Shown piece by piece: positions 27,225 through 42,124 of a stretch of DNA of 64,000 nucleotides. Position 1 is the first letter of the stretch. Every line of letters starts with the position of its first letter. Location of the stretch: assembly GCF_006345805.1 (NCBI RefSeq), contig NC_043007.1:60388001-60452000 (forward strand), in the 5' to 3' direction. Both the position numbers and the translations under genes were made by a program. A model generated the notes under the pieces. It searched no databases. It saw only the letters and a program-made list of their open reading frames with translations, and was not told the DNA's origin. Source of the stretch: Octopus sinensis (taxonomy: Eukaryota).

Positions 27225-27401
27225 TATATATATACACGACAGGCTTCTTTCAGTTTTTGTCTACCAAATCAATCCACTCAGAAGGCTTTGGTTGGCCCGA
27301 GGCTATAGTAGAAGACACTTGCCCAAGGTGCCACACAGTGGGACTGAACCCGGAACCATGTGGTTGGTAAGCAAGCTACTTACCATACAGCCACTCTTAT
27401 G

Positions 27402-27402
<1 letters not shown>
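26903..27402 (-). mobile_element. Full-length family A SINE with expanded (TA)n
   Basis: Reverse complement of the 3154-3550 type element. Confidence 0.9.
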
Positions 27403-27444
<42 letters not shown>

Positions 27445-29639
27445 TATCTATGAATGATCGAGACTAGATAACATTAGTTAGGTACGGTCAGTGAAAACAA
27501 AGATGTTGTTTCAAATTAATTAGAAAATGTGATTGAAATTAAGGTCCATAAGTTCATATAGATGTATAATGTGTAACATGCATATTAATGCAGACATGTA
27601 AACATAATTTATTATGCACTGAAATTATTATTACATGAAAAAGGCTGTGAAATGGCTGTAATGCTAAAGATGTCAAGTGGTTAAATAAAAATAGTACTTC
27701 TCATACGTCCTGACATTTTATAATTTATATACTCCTCATGAAATAATTTCATTAGTCAGATCTTCTGGATTTCAACTGCAAGGAACTCTGCATTATACTC
27801 TGTTAACTGAGTCTGTTAGAGAAGCTTTCAGTGATAGCCACACAATTCTATAAATCCATACATTACTCTGCAAATGTGTGTGTGTGTGTGTATTTATAGA
27901 TATGTGTGACATAAGTGTATATATACATGCATATATATATATGTATATATGGCCTGGTTCTCTTGCTTATGTCAACAAATGTTTCAGTTGATCATGAACA
28001 GAACAGTCTGCTCATGAAATTAACATGCAAGCGATTGAGCACTCCACAGACACACATACCCTTAATGTAGTTCTCAAAAGATTCGGTATGACAAAGAGAG
28101 GGACAAGGCTGGCCCTTTGAATTACTGGTACAGCTTGTTTTTGCCAGCTGTAGCAATGTGAAATAAATTGTCTTACTCAAGGATACAACATACTGCCTTA
28201 TGATCATGAACCAAATGTACTGACAATGTACTGACCTTATGATCATGAACCAAATACCCTAACCACTAAGCCGTGGGCCTTGATGTGTGTGTGTGTGTGT
28301 ATGTCTAATGATCATTATTTACCATTCAGCTTCCATAATAGCTTAGGCTACACTCTTTGACAGGATCTAATGGGTGAAAGGACTGTATACTGTTTCAGTG
28401 TTTGTTTTGGCATGGTTTTTACAAATGGATCCCATTCCTAATGCCAACCACTTTGCAAAGTGTACTGAGTGTTTTTCTCATGGTACTAGTACTATTGATA
28501 ACTTGCAATGTTATAGGGGCTCCAAAGTAGCCCCTATAACTGTGGGAGGACAGAAGAGACAGTAGACAATGATCCTAGGTGAAGGGCTGAAGGAATGGCA
28601 TGTAGGAGGGAAGGCTGGGGAACTATGGCAGGGAACAAGGGAGAGGGGAAAGGATTAGTGGGAGGGCTGAGAAAAGGTGGATGTAGAGTTGAAAGGTGAG
28701 AAGATGAGTTGTGTTAGGCTAGTTGACATTATAACCTGTGAGTAAAAAAAGGAACGGGGAGAAACAGACTAAGTGGGAAAAGAATCCTGCATGAATTAAT
28801 GAATAAAAGAGATATGTGGGAAGTTGTGCCAGGGGGTGGGGAAATGAGGTGTGTTGAGTGCTGTGAGAGAAAAGATGGTAGAAGGAGATGGGTGAGAAGT
28901 AGACACTGGAGAGTACCATACAAGCAGGAAGAAGAGCAGTGTGTTAATACTACAGAAGCATTATAGAGGAGGAGACAGTGCAAAAGAAGGAGAGAAAGCA
29001 AAGGGATGAAACAGTAGGTAGGTGCAGCAAGAAAAAGGAAAAGCTAGAGGGCATTCAAGAGCTGTAAGGAGAGGTTGTGGGATGTTGGGAGGTAATGGAA
29101 GTAACACAGGAAAAAGGTATGATGTGAATAATGAAGAGATGCCAGTCCTAGAAGGGAGATATAAGGAGATGGGTGATAATGTAGGCTTGATGAAGTTCAG
29201 TTTATATACATACGTATGTATTTAGAGAGAGATGTATCTGCGTATATATGTGTGTGTTAAATATATAGGTGATATGTACAGAAAACAAAAGACAAAGACA
29301 GGTGAAAGAACAAGCAGGTGCATTAGTTTGATGCTTGGGAAAAAGGAAAAATCTTTGAAGTTTTGAACCTAAGCTCTTTGATAGAAAGGGATGAGAGAGG
29401 AAAAAACGAAGAGAGAAAAATGTGCTGGGATTAACAATTCAATATGATGAAATGTGTGTGTGTATGTATATAGATATATATGAGTTGTCTAACAAGTAAT
29501 TTGGTCTGAGACCATGTGTTATAACTAAAGCAATTACAGCATTGAAGACATTTGTTAGTGATTTAAAAGATGTTAACTTCAATTATTTATGTCAAAATTT
29601 TTTTCTCAGTATCTGCAACCTGACTACTGACACAAGTTT

Positions 29640-31414
29640 CACTGCAACTGGTCTGAGACAAGGCTATTGATTAATATATGTAGCCATTGGTAGGTTTTAA
29701 GCAGTCATTCTGGTTACCATCACCTGGTGCTCATTGTAGGTCAGTTAATTTGGTTTTTGATTGAAATTCATTTCAATCTCTTCATTTCTCCTTTCAGTGG
29801 GAACACTTATGGCATTGTACAATCTAGCAGAATCAGAGTTTAATCATTTCAGAGAAAAGAATTTATCAGTTCATGACAATAGAACAGACATAATAGGGAG
29901 AAAAGTTGATACAAACAGTATGAGAGTGCAAGCAACAGCAGTAGTAGTAGTAGCAGCAGCAGCAGCAAAAGTGGTATTATGGCACTTTTAGTGACAAATA
30001 TAGTAAATCCTTTAAATTTAACTAAATAACAAAAATTCTATAGATGAAAATGGTTGCTAATTAAGCAGATGAAAAACTAAATACTAAAAATTGGTATGGG
30101 TACTAAAAATAACATAATAATAATAATAATGATAAAATGATGATGATGATGGATAAAGAGTGGATAAAAAGTAATAGTAAATAAAAGGTTACAGAGAGGC
30201 AGAAGGGTGGAAAATTGAGCACTTTTCACATGAGGTGTACAGTTTTTGCAGTTGAGGCTATGCATATGCAGACAGACTCTGTGACTTGCCTTAGTATAGT
30301 ATCAGAGACATGGATATGATATCTAATCTAAATCTATGGAGCTATTATGGTAATCAAGTGCATGTTGTTAGAAAAGAAAGAGGTTGGTCTCTTTTCAACA
30401 TAGCTATTCCAGTACTCCATGGAAACTTTAAAACTCTTAGAAGTATCACCTACATAGGATTCAGGGAGATTTGCACATGCTCCTTCTAGACACCTTATCT
30501 GATTTACAGTGTTTTTAATTTGTGATCAATATGTGGATTTGTGGTTTGCTATAGTGTTAGTGGAGTGTGCATGGTTTCATTACTTCATTGATCATGACAT
30601 CCTCAATCCACAACTCTGTATCAAAAACAGAATATTCTACAAGAGTATTTAGAGGGGCAGTCTACAGTAACTTTTTTACTATAATGAATAGAGTTGGTTA
30701 CATATTGTATCACCATCATCTTGTGTTTTCATCTGACCAACAGCATGTGGCAAGTTTTACACAGGACCAATGTCATCTACATAGCAAGAGTACATTGCCA
30801 AGTGAACAGCAAGAGCCACTAGCTTTTCTCTGAAATGTCTGTCATACCATACTATAAAAGTTCTAGTGACAACTCCTGCAATTCCAATCCCAGTTGTGCT
30901 GCCTTTCACCTTTTTATAAAGTTTATTATTAAACTCGAAAATGTGGGTGCTAAGTGTATGTTTTTTTAAGCTAGCACTGACAGATGGGTGTGATAGCAGC
31001 CCTAATGTTGTGAAAGTCCAAAGTGGGGTGGCTAGGTCTGATCCAGCAAAGGAAGTGTTCTTTATGGGCCTTTCTGATTGTTAAGCAGTAGTGTAGAGTG
31101 TTTAATTATGAACAATTTTGCTTTTAGAATTTTTGTAATTTAAAAGACATTAGTTTGTTACTACAACTGTCACTATACTACTTTTACAACTACTACTATT
31201 GTTGTTGCTGATACCACTTTCACACCCACCCCCTTATAATGTTTGTATCAACTCTTCTATTGTCTTTGTTCTGTATTAGATTCTCTTTGAAATCATTAGA
31301 TTCTGATTCAGCTAGACTGAAGAATGCCATTAGTGTTCCCACTGATAGAAGAAATGAAGAGAGAGTACATACCTCAACCATGAATTTCAACAAAAAAACC
31401 AAATGAACTGACCT
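29640..31414. mobile_element. Two copies of the same repeat (probable LINE 5' region) in converging orientation
   Basis: 29738-29960 (+) matches 31175-31414 (-); the ORF track gives SSFLLSVGTLMA on both strands. Confidence 0.7.
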
Positions 31415-31899
31415 ATATAAATGAGAGAGAAAGAATATAGCAACTTCCCTTAGTCTTGAAAGACCATGGATCTATGATGCTGGAAAGATTTTCTTCACCA
31501 TTATTTGTAGAGCAATGTCTACTGTGATTATAGAGACCCACACATGAGTGATAGTCCTGGCTGCAGTGATTGCATTTGAAGGTGCTGTCCTCCAGTCTTG
31601 TCCTGGCATTAGGTTTTCCTTAGGTTTTCTCTTTCTTTTTGCTGCTCTGAACAAAACGAAGTACTGTGCCAAGGTGTTAAGCACACTCCTACCATTGCTA
31701 TCAACAGCTGCAGATATATATATATATATAGTCTACAGATATATATATGTATGTTTATGTTTATGTGGCTGTGTGGTTAGAAGCTTGCTTTGTAACCACA
31801 TGGTTTGGGATTTAGTCTCACTGCACGCCACCTTGGGCACTTGACTGAGAGAAAGTGTGTAGAAGTTCATTGTGTATGTACACATTCATATATTGCACT

Positions 31900-32770
31900 C
31901 GCTTCTGACACATCTGCTGTAAATAAAACAGTCATTGACATTCTTGAACACCTTAAATCTTCCTCTCTCTCCTCAATATGGATCCCCTGATAAAAGTTCA
32001 GTTAAAGTATTGACTGCATCTTGCATATAGATTCCTCATCTAAACTTTTCACTTACAGATTCCATACATATCTTATCTCCTGGTTCTATAACTGCCTATC
32101 AATTTGCTCCAATACTGTGTATACTGATGGAGCTTTTCTATCTTACTCCTCATGAGCTTTGATGTGCCACGGGATTTTCTTTTGCCCCCTATTCTCATGT
32201 CTAACAATACTCACTTTTATAAGATGACATGATCCATCATGCCTCACTAACCTTTCCCAACCACATATCCCATCATGACCCAGACAGCACATGGCTTACC
32301 TGTGCTGATCTATAAATGATGACCTTGAAAGCATTCTCCAATGGAGTTATACCAATCTTATCTCTTAGATCAGCAAGTACTACTCAAATCAAGAAAACAA
32401 CACACCTCCACACACACAAGCAGTTCTCTACTAGAATCCTGCACAGTTGCCCAAATTTTATGCTTTACTAGGATGGCAAGTCTCTCTTAGTGAAAGCATG
32501 TCCTTAACATCATAGAACTACATCTAAAGGACTAGCCCTTTAAGAAACAGAGGCCATTATAATAGATGAAGAAAGGCAATAAGAATAGATGGTGTGCCAG
32601 TGGGACAGAAGCTGCAGTGTGTCTGTTAGGTGAGTGGTATATCTTTGGATGCAATCCAGGATATCCATGTGTGCAACTGGAGTATCAGCCCACATGTAGG
32701 AGCAATACTGCATTGTGGGTCTGATTTCAGCTTTGTAGAGTATTGACAATTGCTGACCCTTCCTCCAATC
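31900..32770. mobile_element. Decayed CR1/Jockey-like LINE RT, 3' part inverted
   Basis: Plus-strand gtgccacggga (GVPQG-like) region; minus-strand LYKAEIRPTMQYCSYMWA. Confidence 0.55.
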
Positions 32771-35700
32771 CCCACAAGTAATATATGTGTGTGTGTAAGA
32801 GAGAAAGAGACACAGATAGACAGGATGCACAGCTTCCAACTTCTAAATTCCACTCACATTATTATGGATTGATTTGAAGCTATAGCTGAAGATACCCAAG
32901 GTGTCATGCAATAAGATAAAATCCAATCCCATGTGATTGCAAAGTGAACTTTTTAATTATACCATCTTCTTTGCACCTGTACCGAAGTATATTTCAAAAT
33001 TTCACAGCTAAATAAATAAAACAGAAATATCAATGAATTTTAACCTTTTTTTCTTTTTACACACAACTCTAATTAAACCCACTTCTTCATCAATTGTTTT
33101 TAATATATTAGTTATATTTTCTTATAAACTTAGTTACATTTCATTTTGTCTGATTAGACTTTCTTTGTATGATTTGGGTTTCACCTGAGTGCATAAGACT
33201 GAATTTAAAATATAATAGATTCTTAGCTTCTACAATATACCACACAAGTCTTCGACATTAAAATAGATTGGCCCATTTTGTTTTTCTTTCCTGGAACATT
33301 TTTACTACTTTGTTGTATTTCTTTTTATTCGCATTTAACATTTTATAAGTGTTTTGTAAAGTAATAAAAAGGATTTCTTCTTAATTCTGGATTCTAGAAG
33401 AATTTCTTCTTTCGTTAGAAACCAACCTTTTTAAATGTGACATTCTTAGAAGATTTGTACCACTAAGCACAGTAACCAGTTGAAGTGAGGTGTTTATAAT
33501 TTTTTTGTCCAGGATCATGGTGCGATTGATATGAACTCATTTATAACCCAATAACCCTTGAGTTGATGGTCTGCTAAGTTATTCCATCTGTATACTCAAG
33601 TTGATTTAATCTCAGTTTGATTTAATCTTTGACAACACGTTTGCTTTCTACTTGCCAACAGGCACATTTTGAATTCAAACTGAAAAAAACATTATTACCA
33701 AAGTGTTTCACACATTGTCAAGTGCATAAAAGATGACTTACTAGATATGTTATATATCAGATATATTCCAAAATTAAGTCAAATTGTGTGTACATTACAA
33801 AGATTGTTTTACTTTTTTAGATCCTAGATTTTGGTCTGTAGGACTTATAAACCCGGCAGTATATGTAGAATGTATTAAATTTGCTGCTTCAAAACTGATT
33901 TCTTTTCAAAGAATTCTGACAACTGAGGATTTTGAACTTTGAAGTTTTAGCTGTTAATTTGATTTATATAGTCTGTTTGTAAATGAAAAATATGGCTTTG
34001 AGAGTGAAAAATTAGTTCTAGTCTTCTGCTTGCTTTGCTATTTGCAACAATTTTATTCAACAATTATTAGTTGAATAAAGTGAAACATATGTTTAAACTA
34101 TTGTGCTTTCTTCGTTTGAATCATTTCAATGTCCATCAAAAATGTGTTATAATCTTGATAATGTTTTGATTTGAATGTTGTAATATTTTAAATGCAAATA
34201 GCTTTTTTTAAGATTTAAAACCTATAAACTCATGAAAGTTATTGAGACACTACAGCTTTTAATTGTCACAGAAAAATTGCTGAATGTTTGGCAGTTGTTT
34301 TTACTATGAAATAAAATGTAGTCACTGCCTGAAAAACTTACCAAATTGGTTGTGATATATTGATATATATATTGATTGTTATTTGGGTCAGTTCAATTCA
34401 AGAACATAACTAATATTAAATTCTTGAAATATATGTAACTGTTGATAGCAAGTCTATCAAATGAATCCCAATAAAGGAGTGATGAAATCAAATTCAAATT
34501 TCTCTGCCAAATAAAGCTTGACTCCTAGTGCAAGCAGCTATTATGAAATTCAGACAACTCTCTTTTGCTTGCTACTTTGATATGACAGCATAGCATTCTG
34601 TGATGCTAAGTAGTTTTTTTGTTGTGTTGCTATTAAACCAATGTGGCTTTCTTTGGAATATATGTTCAAGTGGAACAACCAATACACTAGCCTAAGTAAA
34701 TTTTCAAATTATTACATTTCCAAACACAAAAGTCACAAGGACAGACCATGAACTTTGGATTATCAATATTATGACGTGAGTAAACTTCAACAGACTTCAA
34801 CAACTGTGATGAAAGCAAATAAGATTTAGAGTAGGTCAAATTAGCTTAGTGTAATTGTCTATGGCTTGCTTTTCATTTGATTACTCACTTTCTATGGTGA
34901 CATTTTTTCTTATGCTTTGTGCACATGGATTGTTTTTGTATGTTTTATTGCATTTGTTCCCCTCGACCCCTTTTTTCAGTTTTGGACTGTTATTGTTGAA
35001 TTCAAATGCTTCTACAAAATCTATTACACAAGTCATTAAAGTTATGTAAAAATTAATTACATTTAATACTAATATGTTCAGAAACTTGATTTTGAGAAAT
35101 TAAAAAAATATATCTATGTACTTGTATGAAACTTTTATCTCCTACCAACATGTGCTTAGAAAATCATTGTATCTCTCTCCTCAATTAAAAAGTAACAAAA
35201 TCCTATGTTCAAGGATTGATGAAACTAATGAACATGTTAATATTATATAACTATTACTTAGTTGTATTACTTTAAGTTAAGAATTTGATTTTAATTGGTT
35301 AAGGTAAAAGGTTTTCATGTTTGTCAAAGTTCAGGGTTGGTACAAGAAGTTTTTTCTTTGTTTATTGATTAAAAGCATCTTACCATCATTTCTTTTTCCA
35401 TATTCCTTGCCAGCCATTTATCTTTTTTGCTGCATTAAAACAGCAGTCCTTTCCTGTAAAGAATTTGCTGTCTTAAGCTATATGTGTTGAAACTGAGCAA
35501 AAATTTGTTATAAAAATGATACTTGTGACAGATGAGATCCGTTACCTCAAAACTTACCATTCAGTACAATATTGTAATATTTAGACATCAATGGAACGTC
35601 TGTCAGAAATCACTCTAGAATTCTTGGTAACAGAGATGCCGAAAGCTATGATTGAAGCAGATACTAATAAAGCTACTTGAAAGATAAGTTAAACAATATA

Positions 35701-36819
35701 GTGTCTCTCAATCCAAGATCAGATGTCATTTCAATCTGAAACAGTTAAACATTTGAATAGATTGATAGCCTAATGAGTAGTAAGAAGAAAAAATTGTGCA
35801 CAGAAAATGTTGTTACTTTTACATGCATAAAGTTAGTGAGTCATTCTTGAACTGGATTCTACATTGTGATAAAAAAGAATGTGCTCCTGTAAGATAACCA
35901 AAGATATACAGCATAAGAAAAATCACATGAATCAAGTGTTTGTCTATATTCTCTGGATTATAAACTTATGAATTTTAACTTATCCAATTTACTTGACCAT
36001 TGATCATTTCTTGCAGCAATAAATGTTCTCCAAATGAGCAGCTATCAACCAAATCATCTGATATTTCAACTTTCTTTCTGGATAATAAGATTCTTTCTGG
36101 ATAAAAAGAGAGTATTAAAACTAATTATGTCTATTGTGATTAATAAAAATTACTTCAAAATGTGTAATTTTATTTTCAACTTTGATAAATATGACAAACC
36201 TTTTATACCAATTTAACGTTTTTGAGAGAGTTATCAATGCTAGTTACTGTCAAAAATGTGTAGTGTTTTAGAAAACTCAAAAAAATTTATATCAATATTA
36301 ATTTTTCAGTGCCAATTATACTTTAGCCTTTGGTATATCGTTGTTTATCAATAAATAGTTTTATTCTTGAGCCAACTGTATTGAATTCGCACATAACTTG
36401 TGATTTTTTTTAAATTAAAATACTTCACAGTATCAAGATTAAAGTTGGTTTTATTCATTAATACTGAATAAAACTGATTTTTAAGTATTTGTTGGATAAT
36501 AAAAATAGTTTGTAGAGATTAAATATTGAAGAAACTGATTGTGTAGAAAATTTGTTTTACATTTGTGTTTAAATCTTGTTTTCTTTTGAAATATCCTCCA
36601 TTTATATGTATAAAGAGAGAATTGGAGAATTGTTGTTTTTAATCTACTAGAATGTAAACTGAAACAAAATGATTAAATAATACAAGTACACAATATAAAG
36701 AAAATAAATACTGTCTGAGTTAGAACTGAAAAAGTGATTCTCAAGATATCTTACATCCTTTCCACACCTCTCTCATGTATCAGTTAGCAATAATAACTTG
36801 TTTCATCTTACATTTTCAG

Positions 36820-37041
36820 ATTCAGATCCTAGTAACATTGCTACAGGCAATTCCAACAATGTCTTAAACACCAATGAACATAAGGCAGGAAGCCATAAGA
36901 AAACTCTTGAAAACCAGAAAGAGGAGAAGATAGAATGTGTCGAAAAGAAGGAAGAAGAAAAAGCTAAAAAAGTCACGCGGAAAGAAAAATCTGTGTTACA
37001 ATCAAAACTCACTAGATTAGCAATCCAAATTGGATATGCAG
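36820..37041 (+). CDS. ATP2B: PMCA exon: end of first cytosolic loop up to TM3 (DSDPSNIATG...KEKSVLQSKLTRLAIQIGYAG)
   Basis: ttttcag acceptor and g|gtaagt donor. KEKSVLQxKLTxLAxQIGxAG is the PMCA signature before TM3. Phase 1/1. Confidence 0.93.
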
Positions 37042-37251
37042 GTAAGTTACAATTTTATAAACCTATTTTCTTTATCTGTGTGATATTTAGCAAGACTTAC
37101 AAAATTTAATGTCAATGTTTTTTATTCATTTACTTCCAAGAATACAATATTTTTAAAGCTAACCACTAAATAAATGTAAATTTTATATCCTTCTTAAAGA
37201 TAACTGCTAAATATGTATTGTCTTTTATTTATTTATTTATTTATTTTACAG

Positions 37252-37466
37252 GCACAGCAATTGCTGTTTTGACTGTTGTTATTCTCGTCATGAAATTCTG
37301 TATCCACGAGTTTGCAGTAAAGAAAGAAGTTTGGAGTAGTGACAAGACTACAATATATCTAGAGCTCTTTGTTAAATACTTTATCATAGGTGTTACAGTT
37401 CTAGTTGTTGCAGTTCCAGAGGGTTTACCTCTGGCAGTCACTTTAGCTCTGGCTTACTCCGTTCGG
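37252..37466 (+). CDS. ATP2B: PMCA exon TM3-TM4 (GTAIAVLTV...VVAVPEGLPLAVTLALAYSVR)
   Basis: tttacag acceptor, gtaagt donor, PEGLPLAV motif; in frame with neighbours. Confidence 0.97.
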
Positions 37467-37947
37467 GTAAGTTTTACAGGGAGTTCTTAATCTAGACATT
37501 CTCTTATTTTTATATGATATTATGTTACCTTATTAGTAAGGCATTGAGCTAACAGAATCATTAGCATGTCAGACAAAATGCTTAATCGCATTTCATCCAT
37601 CTTTACATTCTGAGGTCAAATTTCGCCGAGATCAACTTTGCCTTTCATCTTTTTGGAGATGATAAATTAAGTACCAGCTGAACACTGGGATCAATGTAAC
37701 TGACTTACTCCTCTCCTAAAAATTTCTGGCCCTGTGCAAAAATTTGAAATTATTATGTTACCTTATTTGTACCATATATTAAATGCTATTAAATATCTTT
37801 TAAATTGACTTTAATAGAAAGTACAAAAATAGTTTGTCGTGTTTTCTGAAATAATTCTAGTTTATTAGTGAATTTAAAAGTTATTTAATTACAATAGAAA
37901 TTATTTACTTTTGTTTTTTATAATGTTTTAAAATCTTATTTTTTTAG

Positions 37948-38133
<186 letters not shown>

Positions 38134-39764
38134 TGAAGTTACCAACTAAAATTTCTGTAGAGATGACTGAGTGGATAAGGTACTGGATTTCTTATGGATC
38201 AGAAATTTTACATCTTCTGCAAACATTTCATTCTGTTTCTACTCAGTATCTAGAAAATATGTACAAGATCATCTGGCAATATTTATGCCTCTTCTGATTT
38301 ACATCATAAAACCACTAAGCACCAACTCTTGAAAGTCCTGGAGAGCTTAGAAAAGCTCTATATTATAAAAGTATAGAATTAAAATTAACTCATTTAAAAA
38401 ATTTTTCTTTTTGTATGTACTATTTATAGTACCATTTTTTATCCATCATTCAGTGTCTGGTAAATGCCTATTTGGGTGCCTAAATGGGATAGTCAATTGT
38501 TACTTTAATGCTACCATAGATAGAATTTGCTTAGCTCTTTATTGTACTCATCATGTGTTCTTCATTCATGTTATCAGTGTGAGGAATCATTTTGACAACA
38601 AGGTTAATATCATCCACAAGCTTAGAGTACAACACTTGATTATACTTACTATTTAGCTATTTTTGTTTAAATTGCCCATTACACCACACCATAAACAAGA
38701 TAGGTGATGTATCCAGCAATTCCAACTCCAACCATCCTTTATTTGTTTATAAAATTTGATGTCAAAGCTAAATATATGGCTATTTAAGACAGTTTAAAGA
38801 CTGAATACCTGCTGCATGTACAATTGTGGCTCTAATACTGCGAACATCTCTATTCACTCAATAGCTTTTTAAAAGCAAAGATGATAAGAATAGGTGTCTA
38901 CTTCTTTTAGGTCAAGTGGAACAGGGATTTACCAGGATATGTTTAATTGGTGTTCTTTACTGCATTATGGAACACCATCTACTATCACTAATCAGTTCCA
39001 CACATTTTGCAATGGTAAATTCTCTACCAGTGGATGGATACAATGAAATTACATAACTACATCCATACAGCTTATAACATAGTCAGTGATGTCGTATTTA
39101 AGATTACCATCATTGATTCTGCTGAGGAGGTCTTCTGTTTCATCACATATATTTACTGGTGTCTGTATAAGGCATATAAGAGTACCATTTGCTTGGAGGT
39201 TATTAGCCATTCATGTTCCTGCTTGTAAACTGTTGCACCACAATCCTATGCCAGTGTTTAGTACTATGGCCACCTCATTCATATCTTTAATGTATGATAC
39301 CATGCTGCTGACATTGTTCAACAGAATGTCAACAGACATCTTGTCTTATCTGTAGGGAAATATGCAATTTCTTTAGTTATGTCTTCTTAGATTAGTCAGA
39401 CTCTTTTTAACACTAATCTCAAGCTAATGAGACTCTTTAACATTCTAGTATTATAAACTTAAATTTCACTGAATCTTATCTCCCTAGAAGCTTTGACATA
39501 AGATAGCATTCAGATTCTTTTGTCGAAAGGTAAGCTGACTGAGCAAATCCTTTCAAAGGATTTGTTTGTCAAAAAAAGTGAGAGGGTATGGGAGTTAATA
39601 TCAAACTTATTGTTATCTAGTGTTATAGTGTTTACTCTCATAATATAATTTTCAGCTCATCTTAATAAAACATACTTCTGTATCAGATAAGATCGATATG
39701 TCATTGACCTTATTGCCACCTGGCCATCTCATTTAAACATTGTGTCATTTTCACTATGCATTTG

Positions 39765-39978
39765 CCCTTTTGATACCAATCCATCTGAGACTGTCCCTTG
39801 TTTCTATGATAAAAACTTAGTTTTCAAGAGAATGAATTAAAACCTTCCATCAAAATTTCTTGTATAAATTTATATTCCAAACACCAGCTTAATAATGATA
39901 GCTATTTTACTAAATTATTATTTTCAAAATTAACTGAAATAAAAGTTTGTTTCAACAGAAATACAGTATCAAAAGGGT
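39765..39978. mobile_element. piggyBac-type MITE (related copies near 5500-5690 and 20290-20470)
   Basis: TIR CCCTTTTGATAC...GTATCAAAAGGG; degenerate TTAA-like flanks; dispersed copies in the window. Confidence 0.6.
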
Positions 39979-40072
39979 TGATATCTTTTAAAACTGATTT
40001 TCATTTCTGTGACTTATCTGAAAGTATGTTTATATATGTAGTTTAAAACTTGTATATATTTCTCTTCTTCAG

Positions 40073-40179
40073 GCATACACTATAAACAAACGCCAAACTT
40101 TAATGATATAAATCCAGCAATAAGCAATCTTTTGATACATACCATTGCAATCAACAGTGGATATACATCTAAAGTTATA
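40073..40179 (+). CDS. ATP2B: PMCA exon, N domain (CIHYKQTPNF...IAINSGYTSKVI)
   Basis: cttcttcag acceptor, gtaagt donor; phase 1 in, phase 0 out, matching neighbours; INSGYTSK is PMCA-like. Confidence 0.93.
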
Positions 40180-41587
40180 GTAAGTAGATTACACGTTTCA
40201 TTGATATTATTGTTGCCTTATGGTTTGTTCCAATACTTTCTTTCCATATCCTGTTGGATATTTCCCATCAAATTTATCTACTTAAGTTCATCTTTTTTTT
40301 TTCCAATCTTTTTACATTTACTTATTTCAGTCAGTGGACTGTGGCCATACTGGGGTACTACATTGAAGGATTTAATCAAACAAGTTGACTCCAATACTGA
40401 CTTTTGAGTTTGTCCTATCAGTCTCTTTTTCTGAACTTCTAAATTATGGGCACATAAACAAACCATCACATGTTGTCAAGCAGTGATGGAGACAAACACA
40501 ATAGACGCACATATACATGAATGCATACATACATACATCTGAGCATGATCGTTGCCAGAGCAACAAACTGGCTTCCATGCCAGTGGCACGTAAAAATCAC
40601 CATTCAAACGTGATCGTTACCTGCGTCGCCTTACAGGCACTTGTGCTGGAGGCATGTGAAAAAACATTCAAGTGAGGTTGTTGTCAGTGCCGCTGGACTG
40701 GATTCCGTACAGGTGGCACATAAAAAGCACCATTTGAGCATGGCCGTTGCCTGTACCGCCTGACTGGCCCTTGTGACGGTGACATATAAAAGCACCCACT
40801 ACACTCTCGGAGTGGTTGGCCTTAGGAAGGGCATCCAGCTGTAGAAACTCTGCCAGATCAGATTGGAGCCTGGTGCAGCCATCTGGTTTGTCAATACATC
40901 TTAGTCAAAATTTTATTTTAGTATGTGTGTATGTGGCCTCTAATGCATGCATGTTAAAATTTAGTGTAATAGTACTTGTTTCTCTCTTCCTTCCTATCTG
41001 TTTGAGACACACATACACAGGTGCAACATGGCTAAATGGTTAAGAAGTTTGTTTCACAACCATGAGGTTCCATAGTTGATCATGCTGCATGGCATCTAGG
41101 GCAAATGTCATTTTCTATGGCACCCATACTGGTGACATAAAAGACACCTGTTCCAGTGACACATAAAAGACACCTAGTATTCTTCATAGAATGGCTGGTC
41201 TTAGGAAGAGCATCCAGCCATAGAAACCAAGCCCAAACTGATGACTGGAGCCTGATGCAGTTCTCTAGCTTACCTGCTCCAGTCAAACCATCTAACTCAT
41301 ATCAGCATGGAAAGCAGACATTAAATGATGGTGATGATACCTTGTGACTGAAATTGGGTAGACAGAGACTGTAAAGAAGTCAGTCAGGTGGATTGTACCC
41401 AGAATTCAAAAGATGCAGCCTTGTCACACACTGTGTCTGTCTGGTTCTGCCTGTGGATTACAGAGTACACATGTGTATGAAATGCTTGGCCATTTACATG
41501 TCAATTAAGGTGTAGGTAATTCAATTGAACAACTGAATCCTCATTGTTCAAATAATAGATTCACTATCATCATACATACACACATTG

Positions 41588-42099
41588 TGTGACCTCCTTC
41601 GGTCATGAATGACCATGGAATTGCACCTAGAAAGTTACCCTCCGAGGTACAAGTCTGGGCAAGGTTGTTTATTGAAGACCAGCAGTCGCCCACGCATACC
41701 AGCCTCCCCTCTCCATGCCACCGAAGTTTTCCAAGGGAAAGGCAAAGGCCAATACAGCTTGGCACCAGTGACGTCGCAGCTCATTTATTAACGTGCAAGT
41801 GGCTGAGCACCTCACAGACACGTGTACCCTTAACGTAGTTCTTGGGGAGATTCGGCGTGACACAGAGTGTGACAAGGCTGGCCCTTTGAAATACAGGTAC
41901 AACAGAAATAAGAAGAAAGAGTGAGAGAAAGTTCTGGTGAAAGAGTACAGCAGGGTTCACCACCACCCCCTGCCGGAGTCTCATGGAGCTTTAGGTGTTT
42001 TCGCTCAATAAACACTTACAATACCCGGTCTGGGAATCGAAACCGCAATCCTACGACCGCTAGTCCGCTGCCCTTACCACTGGGCCATTGCATTTCCAC
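41588..42099 (-). mobile_element. Composite/nested SINEs (family C 3' part plus another tRNA-headed SINE)
   Basis: 41588-41786 matches 13829-14030; reverse complement of the 3' end has TGGCCCAGTGGTAAGG and GTTTCGATTCCC boxes. Confidence 0.75.
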
Positions 42100-42124
42100 A
42101 CATACACACATTAACACATATATA

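Noticed and set aside
33513-33858. 7-nt and 38-nt exon candidates
   Set aside because: Each shifts frame, and joined they create a TGA stop.
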